A stretch of DNA of 64,000 nt. Origin: Takakia lepidozioides (Eukaryota; Plantae; Bryophyta). Shown here piece after piece: positions 24,120 through 35,945 of the stretch. The DNA is taken from assembly GCA_030704615.1 (NCBI GenBank), contig CM060733.1:68448001-68512000 (forward strand), given 5' to 3'. The notes below the pieces were generated by a model. The model searched no databases. It worked only from the letters and a program-made list of their open reading frames with translations, and was not told the DNA's origin. How positions within the stretch are numbered: position 1 is the first letter of the stretch; each line of letters begins with the position of its first letter. Position numbers and translations under genes: made by a program.

Positions 24120-24445
24120 TGTGCAAACATGGCGCCGAATTTCGCGGTAATAGGGTCCGTAACCGGAAAAAACCGCGACGTATTTCGCGGTAATAGGTCT
24201 CTCTGGCGAAAAATGGTGCCGAATTCCGCGGCTATAGGTCCCCTCATGACAGGTGTGTAAGCCCAAAATTTGGAAATGTGGCGCTGAATTTCGGTACATG
24301 GTGCCGGGGATTGCACAGATGTTGGGCAGTTCTGGGCCATGTAACTGGAAATTCGGCGCCATTTTTCCAGACATCGTTCCCGAGCATGTTCGGACTTAGC
24401 CAGTTTTTGGCCCAAAACAGGGAAATTCAGCGCCATTTTTCCTGA
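24120..24445. repeat. Degenerate palindrome cluster (GGAAATTCGGCGCCGAATTTCC type) downstream of the MULE-2 transposase
   Basis: About 6 copies spaced 43, 41, 65, 75 and 74 bp. Confidence 0.7.
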
Positions 24446-24661
24446 CACAGGGGTACCAGTGCATGTTGGGACTTAGCCAGTATTCGGCCCAAAATAGAGA
24501 AATTCGCCATTTTTCCAGAAATGGCCCCACAACTGCTTCTGTTGGATGGAATATTGCCTCATTCCAGGAGTTTTGGGGTGCATTTCATTACACTGCAAAA
24601 AAAAATCTGATACATGAAAATGCAATTGAAAATATCCATATGGAGGATTCCCTTTGCCCCA

Positions 24662-27600
24662 TCAATGATTTCTGGAATCCCTAAGGAGGAGTTTGTGCAG
24701 CTCGTTCACGCTCAACGCCGATGCATGAATAAAGTCATCAATAGTCACGTTCATCCTCAACCTCTTCAGGTAAATGTAATACAGATGCTTGCACGGATAA
24801 TACTTTGAACCCTTCTTTGCTTCCATCAACGAGAAGTCCGTACAATTGCAAGTCGGCTCCACTCCAATCGTAATTGTGTATACATCGTCGCGTACAGCCG
24901 AGCCGGCCGTTGCCATCCGATAAACACGCCCAAGGCCGGGTGGAGGTACGTCCACGGAGCTCTGAATAGTGCAAGCCATCCCAAGAGCATTGGCAATCCG
25001 AGTCTCATTCAACTTGTTGGGAGGGTGTCGTCTCTTCACTCTTCCGAATCGCATTGTGGGATGTGCAGAATTGTCCAATCCGTCTCTACTGGACCGAGCA
25101 GTCTGCAATGGCTGGGTTTGAGGACCTGGAAATGCGTGGGTCGGGACATCTGTGCGTTGCACCATTCGAAATCCTGCTGCAGATAGAGCATCCGCCTCAT
25201 TCTGAGAGAGGCTGCAACCCGGTGCAACAGGCCAGACGCCCGGAGGCTCCGGCATTCCCTGAATCCCGTACTTGGGCTTGCCAAATACACAGGTCATTAT
25301 GTCATGCCTACAGAACCAAAACGTCTGCGTTGTGGCGTGAGCAAATGTGGGAGTCAAAAATCTGCCGCTGAAACAAGGTGCAGGTATAACACCGTGTGGG
25401 TTCCTCCGAATCATCTCACCACGGCGTGCTCTCGTATCCACCCGAATGGCGCAGCACTTCCCTCGAAATGCCGGCAATGTCCTTGCAATTCTCCACTGTG
25501 ACTCCGACACTCTTGTCTCCACAATGGGTATGTTGTACTGCGTTACCACAGATGGCTCGTTATGTTCCTCGGGCACGTGCCCTGTGCTCAAAGGAGATGG
25601 CGATCTTGAACATGCAAGACTTGCGGTGCTCAACGAGACCTCCTCGGGCAACATCACGGGACCACGAGGGAGCGTGCGAATATTCTTGTCAGCTCGCCAT
25701 GAATCCTCTTCCCCGCCAGGTGCCTCGTCAAGTCTTCGTCTCACTGGACGGGTATGAACATCTCCTTCCAAATGTTGGCCTCTTCAAAGCAATGGTGTGT
25801 CCCGAAGGCCCTCTCGCAAGGCCGCCGCCCACTTCCGAGGATTCTTCGATCTGGAGGCAGTCCGCATCAGCATTTCCTGCCTGTCCGGCCCCAAGCCCCA
25901 CTGTTTCCCTTTCAAGAACTCGTTGTACCTGCATTGCTACATAATTGACCTCACAATGTCCTCCGTTGTGGCAACGGGACGCGAATTCGTGCAACTCACC
26001 TCCCGCATATAGTCGTCGAACTGGAGGAAACGATAATGCCACCATGCTAGCCAACTAACCATTGCTCCCTCGTCTGATTTCCTTACAGCACCTGACGATG
26101 TCCACCAAGCCCGTATACATGCAAACTGTGTCTCTGCATCATCCAAGGTGGGAGCGCGCTTCCACGCAAGACACATGGAACGGTGCTCCTCTCTGAAATC
26201 TGGCACCACGAGCCTGGTTGTGTACTGCCCTTCAGATGGCAGCCCAATTTGCTTGTGCGTTGTCCGCCATGAAACCACGGAAATTGGGAGGGGGCAATCC
26301 CGCCTTGGCCATCTGCTCGTTTATTCCCTACAAAGAAGCATCTCCGATTGTGTGTCCTCTCCTTTCATCTCACAAATAACAATTGTCATTAGCATCCTGC
26401 AGTGGGTGTCGTAGACATGTGCACCCATTGTCACCCACTGGTGATTTGTAATTCGCTTGATATGGTCGAACATGACCCAACTGTTTGACAAGTCCCCACT
26501 CGTCATCTTGTCGACCAGTTCGACGCCGCTGCCAGGTCCACACGTGGACATTTTGAATACGAAACAACGATCTGCCTCAGTCCCTTGTCCTGGAAACCTA
26601 CTTCCATGAATGTACTCATATCCACATCGTCGCTTCACCTCCAGAATGGAGTGCATATCCGAGCCACGCCCAATTTTCTGTTTGCATGAGACAATGTGGT
26701 TTCGGACATTCGGTGAACATACGTGGGACACCAACTCCAGCAATGCCTCCATTTCCTTCTCATCGAGAGAAACTCTATCGGAGCCGTCTTCCGACATAAT
26801 TCTGGCCAATGCCATCTTATGGGCGGCTTGGAGCTGTATCTGTTTGGGTTGGGCACCCGGTCTCAACTTAACCTCCTCCTGAACGAGCTGCTCTGCCTCG
26901 TGGGTAGCCTCCCGCGAGTTCCCCCTCGCCAATTTGTGACAATGGGAACCAACGTGTATGCAAGCTCGGGTGAGGTCAGGGAAACGGTGCAACACATAGA
27001 ACTGCTTGGCATTACAAACAGACATGCAGTGTGGTGGTTCTTTGCAATGCGCACACTTAAATGTGGAGTTCGAAACCTTCTCCTGAGCTCGAAATGGTTG
27101 ATGAGTTGTGCCTGTCCAATCGGTCTCGTTCCTGTGACCTCTGGATTTAAAATGGAAGCAAGTTGGGGAGAAACACCGCAACGCGCCCGCACAAACAACG
27201 TAGCGCACCCGCACACCATCGAGCATCTTCATGCTGGTGGTTTTGGTGACGCACCAAGGATGACCATCATGTTTTCTATCCATATCTGTCAACATTCCGG
27301 ACGCCCTCGAGTAGTCCGTCCGAGGAGGGAACTCAAAGAAGATATTACCGTCGACGTCTGCGGGAAGGCATGTAACCGATTTAATTGCGAACTTGCTGTA
27401 GTCCAGCCCGGCCAGCTCCGAGCGGTGTCCCTCCATGTGAAGCCCTCGCAGAATTTCAAGAATAGATCGAACTGCGGTGCTCGTGCTGGGAATATGACTC
27501 CCTCGTCCACTGACGTCCATTGAGGACTTGCCTGATCTCCAGGACGACCTCGGAACTTCCATGACCTCGTCTGAGTCGGACAAGTTGTGAACAACCCGGT

Positions 27601-28009
27601 TCTCGCTCGTCTTCATGGATGGGTTCGGCTCTGGATTTACTTCGTTGCGGACTTCTCTCTTTGAGGTAGCCACTCTCTGATTCGCGGATTGTTTCGTGGA
27701 AGGCGCCAGGATAAAAGGTGCATTTGGCGGGCAAATGAAGTCCCCAACAGCCCTGTATATGACGCTGTCCGATGGTGGAACTTGCCATTCCCTGCCATCG
27801 CCGAAATCATCGTGGAGCACAACAATACTCTCGACAACAACGCCGTTTGAGTCCTTCCTTTCCTCCTCCAAAAAAACCGACCCCGGTTTCAGGTGGTATC
27901 GAACGCACAGATATTTCTCCATCACCCGGCAGATGTCCCCTCTGCACGGAAATGAAGCTCTATGCTCGTGAGGAGGGCAGTACACTGTAGCGCTTGGGTT
28001 TTCCGCCAT
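24662..28009 (-). pseudogene. MULE-2 transposase (GCM-like, DDE, SWIM), with internal deletions
   Basis: 567-aa and 369-aa ORFs homologous to MULE-1. Relative to MULE-1, the CxxH segment (at about 26230) and the third-acidic-residue segment (at about 25990) are deleted. Confidence 0.88.
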
Positions 28010-28084
28010 GGGAGATGTGCACACAAGACTGCCAGGATGGCGTGCGGGAAAGCTCCCTGGTAGAAGGGGGATGCAGCGATGGGA

Positions 28085-29625
28085 AGGAATGCGGTGCCGA
28101 TTTGTCCGAGCGACGAAGCCTGATCCAAATCCAGGGAGCCAACTATCTCAAAAATCCACAGTCAGAGTGTTAATGAACCTTGTCTCAAGAATGCGGCCCC
28201 TGGTCTTTGCGCAATAACTGCCAACGGTATGCAGTCAGAAAGTGGGGGGCCGTCCGGATGATGTCGGCTGAAGGGGAGAAGCCGGCACCGTGCCGTCACA
28301 TTACTACCCCCGGATGAAAATTCGGCACCGAATATCCAGCAGGGGCCGCACGTATGAAGTCGCCTCGGGCAGAGAGACCGGAAGCTGTCCGACAGAGAAC
28401 AACCCCCGGATGGAAATTCAGCGCCGAATTTCCATTCGGATCCCCCCAAAGGAAGTCGTGTCGGGGGGTCAGGCCGAAAACTGGCCGACATAAAAACCTC
28501 CCCGGATGGAAAAACGGCGCCGAATTTCCATCCGAGGCCGTTCGGATGCAGTCGGCTCGGGGGAAAGGCCGACACCTGGCCCTCACATTACAACCCCCGG
28601 ACGGAAATTCGGCACCGAATATCCAACAGTGGAAGCCCGGATGAAGTCGCCTCGGGCATAGAGGCCGACGCGTGTTTGACAGAGAGCATCCCCTGGATGG
28701 AGATTCGGCACCGAATTTCCATCCGGGCCCCCCCAAACGAAGTCATGTCGGGGGGCAGGCCGAAAACTGGCCGACATAAAAACCTCCCCAGATGGGAAAA
28801 CGGCGCCGAATTTCCATCCGGGGCCGTTCCGATGCAGTCGGGGAGGGGGGAGAGGCCGGCACCTGGCCGTCACATTTCAACCCCCGGACGGAAATTCGGC
28901 ACCGAATATCCAACAGGTGACGCCCGGACGAAGTCGCCTCGGGCATAGAGGCCGGCACCTATCCGACAGAGACTATCCCCCGGATGGAAATTCGCCGCCG
29001 AATTTCCATCCGGGCCCCCTCAAAGGAAGTCCGGTCGGGTGGTGAGGCCCAAAACTGGACGATATAAAAACCTCCCAGGATGGAAAAACGGCGCCGAATT
29101 TCCGTCCGAGGCCGTTCGGATTTCCCTTTAGCAGTCAAGGATTCCATGAAAAACGTGTCTAAAAGTGGACTTCAGCCAAAAAACTAACAGTTTACTTTGT
29201 TTTTCTCCGAAAAACCAAGCGGCCACGCTCAGAATTACCTGCAGGAAGGTAATTCGGCGCTTCGACTTACCTGGCGAATGGAAATTCGGCGCCGAATTTC
29301 CATCTGCCAGCGATCCGAGTTTCCTGCTGGATGGAAATTCGGCGCCGAATTTCCATCCGCCAACGATCCGAGTTACCTGCTAGATGGAAATCCGACGCCG
29401 GATTTCCATCCATCCGGCTCCGAATTACCTGCGTGGCAGAAATTTCGCGCGCCGCCCTACCTGGCAGGATGGAAATCCGGCGCCGGATTTCCATCCATCC
29501 GGCTCCGAATTACCTGCGTGGCAGAAATTTCGCGCGCCGCCCTACCTGGCAGGATGGAAATCCGGCGCCGGATTTCCATCCATCCGCTCCGAATTACCTG
29601 CGTGATGGAAATTTTGTGCGCCGCC
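28085..29625. repeat. Palindrome array GGAAATTCGG-NN-CCGAATTTCC: 9 copies at 95-96 bp (287-bp trimer), then copies at 53 and 85 bp
   Basis: Starts at 28316, 28412, 28508, 28603, 28699, 28795, 28890, 28986 and 29082; then 29280, 29333, 29386, 29471 and 29556. Confidence 0.92.
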
Positions 29626-29794
29626 GTACCTGGCGGATGGGCATTGAATGTCCACCGCCGTCCATTTTTATTTGGGCTGGCGACACATGGCTTCCTCGAT
29701 ATGTACCCTAAATCTGATGCTAATCTTGGATTAACTTCTATTCGAGGCATGTACCCCAAAAAACTGAGATCTTTTTCCATTTTGGCTGGGACTT

Positions 29795-29970
29795 ATGCCG
29801 CCTGAAGGGCGTGGCTCTCCTGAGAGAGACCTCACATCCAGACCGCGGCGGAAGTTGAAAGCTTTGTACTACGGACGATGGCCAATCTCTCGCATGGCCA
29901 AACTTAAGCTCCAACAGGAGATTCCAGTGTCTTGCTCACAACCCGCGCCAACTGAAGCCGAGTACTCTCA
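29795..29970 (+). pseudogene. First exon of the MULE-2 cargo gene, counterpart of 15719-15888
   Basis: RPRRKLKALYYGRWPISRMAKLKLQQEIPVS versus RHRRKLRKLYFGRRPMPKGRKQMRLQEEIVIS, at the same position after the array. Confidence 0.7.
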
Positions 29971-30707
29971 GGCAAGCCACTTCTGCTTTCGCTTTGTTCG
30001 CTTTTGCCTTTGCTTTCGCTTTCGCTTTGTTGTTTCGCTTTGTTTTTTCATCTTCATCCTGGCATCGCTGGAAGCATGTCATTCTTAGGCATTGGTTGGA
30101 TTTGTTTTCATTGTTGTTCCATGGCACTCCATACTTCCTAAACTTGTTTTGTTTTCATTGTTGTTCCACGATTGTTGCTATGGTGGTTACGCTGCTCGTT
30201 GCGATGCTGGTTTTGGCACCGATGTTGGTTCTGACGATTTTGGGAATGACAGAGTGACGACGAGCCCGGCACGCTGGTGGTATCATTGACCGCTCCAACT
30301 CATCGCATGTTTGAATCGCCCAACTTGGGGCGAGAGGGCAAACTTCAACCTTTTGTTGGTGGACGGGAGGACCTGCAGCGAGGGTACGACAGAATAGGCA
30401 TTGGGGAGGTTGGTGCAGGCGGCATGGCAGGTGAAGGGCGTGAGGACGTGAGGACAGCAGATCCGGCAATGGGGTCAGAAAGAAGCTTTTTGGACTCCCC
30501 TCACTACTTCTCCTCTGCATATGAGCAAGCAGACCAGAACATCCAAACTCAATTGCAAGACTGAGTAGAACATCTCAACCGGCAACCAGCAACTGAACTG
30601 CTCAGAAACACATTCAAATTGAAGTTGGAACACGGAGGGAGACAACCTAGGATGGAAACATAACGGAACCCTTAATGTCAATGATACATGGAACATACAG
30701 TACTAAC

Positions 30708-31226
30708 ATTCAACATGTCAGACAAAAACTCCATGGGTTGCCTTCGAACATAAGACCGAGAAACATGAATGGCCAACACTCCATTTGCTTGCTCATTTTC
30801 TTCTGTGTAAAATTGCATGTGAACCTGCACACCTACATGTACAAAGAAACCATCACTGTCATAACAACATATCACGAGCTCAAACTAATTACAGCTGCTT
30901 TGTGCCCAACTCAATGCAGTCTTAGGTGAATAAGCATCTTGATACTTTTCTAGCTGCTTTACGTTTGAACATGCAGTGTTTGCCAAAACATGGCGTCGAG
31001 TGCTGCCTATAGGTCAAGAATTCCATTTGGTGTACTTACAAGACATCATCCATGAAACAGTCTGCTGGAAAGGTGGTGGAGTCCTGGTGATGAACATGTG
31101 GTAGGACCTCATAAGAAAAAATAGCAATGGGTATCTACCTCTGGTAATAGTTGTGATCCCAGGAAGCACTTTGTCAAGGTCATTACTGTCCAGCATATCC
31201 TTGAATGTAGGATACCAATCTGTGGC
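30708..31226 (-). pseudogene. Two exons of a plant ASCH-domain (PUA-like) RNA-binding protein gene
   Basis: Exon 31226-31139 (ATDWYPTFKDMLDSNDLDKVLPGITTITR) and exon 30832-30708 (GVQVHMQFYTEENEQANGVLAIHVS…). GT-AG sites, phases compatible. Confidence 0.75.
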
Positions 31227-31675
31227 CTGCAACATAACAGAACGTACAACACTTACCAGATACATTACCAGATACTTACCACATACTTACCACATACTTA
31301 CTAGATAAAAATGGCTCAACCTATTTCTATTTGGTCTTGGGGGTATCAACCAAGAGATGCAGTCCCATACAGCTTAGTAGTGAATTTGTGAGGCAACAAG
31401 AGAATCCAAAAATAAGACAAAAATGAGTAAAGGGAATCACATGAACTTGTAGCAACAGAGTTTCATTTACCAACCAAAATCATACTGTCTGGATCTAATT
31501 GGAAGAATCTAGCCCGACTGTGTTTCTTGTAAACAACAAGATGTGAGTATGTACACACACAATGTCTTCTACAATTGAGAAAACAAATCCATAGCAACAT
31601 CGGACAAATATAGAGAGCACCACAGGGTACACCTGAGGAAAAATGAAAACTGAGAACAGTGAGGAAGGGAGTGAC

Positions 31676-32240
31676 CTTGGTGACATCACCACCCACACAC
31701 TCAATGGCCGCATAGGCCAAGTCACCTCCTGTTATTTCCTTCACGCGCTCCCTAACATCTTCCTTACGGTAGTTGATCACCTCGTCTGCTCCAAGGGCTT
31801 TAAGTTCTTCTATTTGCTCACTGCGGCGTACTAGATTTATCGTCTGCGATCCATCCCCACCCTGTTATGTCACTTTGCAGTTGCTCTCATCCATATCATT
31901 TTTTAATATAGCTGATCCCACATACTTCAAACCCAATCCGGAAACTCTTTTAGCCTTCTGTAAGATGAGCTCGGTTCCGAGAATGTATGAGGGGTAGAAA
32001 GAATTCAGCCAGGTGTGCAGTTTACGTTGGAAGTGCTCATTGTAGGCCAGCAATTTCAACCATAATCACATAGAAGGAGCAGCAGACTGCAATCATGTGG
32101 CTTAGTAAGGAATAAACCTTACCTTTAATTCCTTGGTGGTGTGCCAGTTGAATAACCATGCGTCCAAGAACAGATCCTGCAGCTGACTGCAACAGGTACT
32201 TGCCCTTTGGCACCTTCAACTCTTCCAGCATTGCGTAAGC
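31676..32240 (-). pseudogene. Two internal exons of an MDR-family oxidoreductase (enoyl reductase/quinone oxidoreductase-like)
   Basis: AYAMLEELKVPKGKYLLQSAAGSVLGRMVIQLAHHQGIK and exon 31843-31676 (TINLVRR…LGADEVINY…AIECVGGDVTK). No N- or C-terminal exons found. Confidence 0.85.
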
Positions 32241-34689
32241 TGCCTTCAATCCCGACATTTACAAATTGAATATGTCAAGTTATTTTACCACTAGTGTGAA
32301 ACTAGCTAGGAAATAGCTAGCTTTTACATATTGACATTTGGGATTGGCCCAAGTGTCAATCCAGGGGTCAAGGCAGATTTAGGCCCTGGAGTGGTTATCT
32401 TCACGGCAAGCGCGGGAGGCTCATCTTTCTCGAGTTGAGCCTCACCGCGCCTAGCTATGGCGCCGTAGTGTGGATTCCCCATGGCGTGGGATGCACTTGG
32501 CTTGACTTGTATTTGAGTGATGAGGTTATATATGCATGAGTTTATGCTTCAGCTTTGTGAGCTCACATGAGCTTGTGCTTGTATTCTTCTTCTTTATCAC
32601 TCGAGAAAGATGAGCTCGTATCTGTGAGTGCCAGATACGAGTTAGTTGTAGCACTTGTGGTTTTTGCTTGAGAATGAGAGAAACCAAGTTGTTATGCAAG
32701 GAGCACCGTGGAGCTCTTGGTTGTTAGACGTGGAGGCGATGTGGGTTACGAGGTGGTAGACCTTGGCATTCGATCTTCAGCTTCAGAGATGAAAGCACCA
32801 TGCTGCAGGTAATTCCAGAGCACCTTGATGGTTTCAGATTGTGTACATGCATGAGCAAGCACGATTGGGAAGAGGACCAGTCAAGAGCAGGTTATAGTGG
32901 CTTTGGTGGCAAAGCTGAGAACTGGACTTGGGAATGCGAGCTTTCATTGTGTGAAGGATTGCAAGACCAAGCGAAAGGGCTGATTTGGCTTGGGGCAAAT
33001 CAGTGCACTTTGTGGAGTATGGTGAGATTGGGTTTCAATCTCGAGCTTCAGCATTGAGAGGGCTCTTGTCATGGCAAGAGCAGGGCTGGAACAGGAGCTA
33101 AGAGGTGCGGCAAGGCCATGGAATGTGCACCTAGGGTTTCAGAGCTTGGAAGAAGAGCTCTTGCACCACAAGAGGAGTGTCTTGTGGCTGGAAATGTAAG
33201 CCTTAGGGTTTCAGGAGCTTGGCAAGGGCTGTGGAGTGCTTAGTCTTGTCTTAGAGAGCATCAAGGAGCCAAGGAGCCAAGATAGGGGGCTGATATCTCT
33301 TGTGTGAAGAGGTTGCATGTGTGGAGCATGTATTCAGCTCATTGAAGCTTCCATCTTCAAGCTTGGAGGGCAAGCAAAGAAGAGGGAAGGGCTGACTTCC
33401 CTTATGTGAGGGCAATGCATGTGTGGAGCATGCTATCAGCCTGGTGAAGGCTTGCACTTTCAGGTGTGGGAGTGCAAGAAAGGAAGGAAGGGGCTGGTTT
33501 CCCTGTAGGGCATGTGGAGCATGCTTTCAGCCTGCTGAAGCTTGTATTTTCAGGTTTGTGGGTGCAAGAAATGAAGCAAAGGAGCTGATTCTCTTATGGT
33601 GAGAGTGGGACATGTGTGGAGCATGCCTTCAGCCCATTGAGGCTCTTGTTTTCAAGCTTTAGAGAGCTAGAACGGAAGGTCTAGGGCTAGTTTCCACTTG
33701 GAGTGAAAGAAAAGCACTTGTAGGGCTTATGTGAGTTGGGGTTTCAACTTCAAGCTTGAAGGGAGCGCAACTCTTGAAGCAGCAGGTGTAGGGGGCTGGA
33801 ATAGGCTCTAAGACAGATGCTATGGCCAAGGAGAGTGCTTGAATGCACTAGAAGCATTCGTGTCATTTACCACTGGGGTAACGACTCATTTTGAGTCATA
33901 AAAGTCAAAAAACTGGGATCGACTGGAAGTTACAACAGACTAGTTACAACAGACGTGGTAGTTGGGTTGGACATCCAATGATTGGAGTGGTAAAGGACGC
34001 AGACGCGCGAACAACTGCTCAGCGATTAATGCGATTAATGCTGAAGAACCACGTGGTGTAACCAGGCGGGCCGCCCGTGTGTCTAACCTTTTGGGCTGAC
34101 TTTGACGTTTCCCTCCGGATGAGTGCTGAAGCGCGGTGACACATGGACGCGGACGTGGACGACGATGTGGATGCCGACGTGGCGGCGCCACGACGAGCAC
34201 CACTGCTGCCACGTGGCCACGGGCCCGGGGCACCACGTGGTAGTAGACCACATAACTTGCAGTGCTACATGCCCAGTGGCAATTGCGACTGCGGAAGTTG
34301 GCGCAACCACTGCTTTACTACTTTACATGAAGTGCTCGAAATTACTTGAACAATCATTCATAGTGATTCATGCTTTGGAGTTTTGGTGTTTGTAGTGAGT
34401 CGACTAGTAATGCCATACAAGAGAACTAATCATGCATTAGAAATGCACAAACGATGAAAGACATGCCATGAAACAAAATGAAATGAAAATGAATGAAATG
34501 AAACAAAATGGTACTTTATTACATCTGCGGAAAGCTCAAAGAGCTTATGGGACAAAATGAAAAACACAAAGTAAAAAAACAGCCCAAAAGCTACTGCTGC
34601 TCTGGGGATTGCCTAAGGATCAAGGCCTCGTGCAAGTCAAGCAGTTCTGATCCTCATAATGCAAGACTTCAGTGAGTTCCACGGAATAG

Positions 34690-35775
34690 ACCATCTACCC
34701 ATGGAGGTTTCTTGTAGTTATTGATCCACAGGGAATCATAGGTAAATCTTTTGCTTGAAATTTGGTCCTCTAGGATGAATCTGGACCACACTCTATCCCT
34801 GCTCCTTCAGCTATCCATGCCCCTGCACAAATCATGCATTCATCCTTGCTTTGCTGCTAGTAGCTGACAATAACAACCTACATTTGTTCTAGGAAACACC
34901 CAACTCAGCTTATCACACTAGTTCCTATGCTCAATTGCGTCTACTACTCTCTGAAATGTAGCAAGCATTCACCTTTTTGCCTCGGTTGTCCCATCATTGA
35001 CTGGGGGCAGAAAAGTATTCATTCCACAGCTTCTCCTCATGTCTGTTACTTGTTTTTTGATACTTTCTTGTTGTCACATAGCAGTATCATGTCAAAGTCA
35101 CTCCAAACTAGATTCACTCAACCAGTTAACTTGCATAATTCAACATGGAAATTTTGGACCGATTCTAATAAGAGGGAAAAACAGGGTGAAATGTGCTGAA
35201 GAAGATGCCTTCATTAACAATGTCTGATTTTATCAATTGTGCCATTGCTGCCAGTTGACCATCTACCCATGCAGGTTTCTTGTAGCTTCATAGTTAATCT
35301 GGAGCTTGAAGTCTGGCCCTCTTGGGTGAATCTGCACCCACACTCTATCCTTGCTCCTTCAACTATCCATGCCTCGCACGAATCATGCATACAACCTTGC
35401 CTTGTTGCTAGCAGTTGACGATGATAGCCTAGACTTGTTCTAGGAAGCACCCAACTCAACTTATCACACTAGTTCCTACGCTCAATTGCATCTGCTACTC
35501 TCTATAATCCAACAAACATTCACCTTCTTGCCTCGATTGTCCCACCATTGACTGGGGTCAGAAAAATATTCATTCCACAACTTCTCCTCGTCTGTGTTAC
35601 CTGTTTCTGATACTTTCCTGTTGTCACATTGGCAGAATCATGTCAAAGTCACTCCAAACTATCAAAGCTTCACTCAACCAGCTAACTTGCAGAATTCAGA
35701 CATGAATAATTAGGGGCGATTCTGATAAGAGGGGAAAACAAGGTGAAATTGAAGAAGGTGCCTTCATTAGCAGTC
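34690..35775 (-). pseudogene. Tandemly duplicated (about 0.55-kb) fragment encoding an OSB/PTAC9-type PDF motif
   Basis: EEKLWNEYFSDPSQWWDNRGKK, an intron, then IHPRGP(D/N)FK…SLWINNYKKPPWV. Copies at about 34690-35220 and 35258-35775, with a stop or indels. Confidence 0.8.
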
Positions 35776-35789
35776 ATTACACTCTATCC

Positions 35790-35945
35790 TTCGCTCAGCC
35801 ATATTGTTGAACACTCCTTGTCCACAAGGGTATTGTTCAGAATGACATCTGCCACAATTCCAGCTTTGACGATGCAACCATGGACCTCTTTGCCCTTCCC
35901 CAGCAGGCTCGCACATGCACTACAAACGCAAACAACTGGTTGTGG
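35790..35945 (-). pseudogene. PLS-class PPR fragment
   Basis: ACASLLGKGKEVHGCIVKAGIVADVILNNTLVD. Confidence 0.8.

Larger units (their letters stand above)
23892..30100 (-). mobile_element. MULE-2: second, diverged member of the same Mutator-like group; right end not found
   Basis: TIR GAGGTTAGCTATTTCATGAGC at 23892 with CATGAGC repeats. Transposase, arrays and cargo first exon are collinear with MULE-1. The right boundary is uncertain and may extend to 32353 or beyond. Confidence 0.85.

Noticed and set aside
31236-31243. AACAGAAC as the right-hand TSD of MULE-2
   Set aside because: No TIR precedes it and the retroelement ORF does not resume; treated as a chance match.
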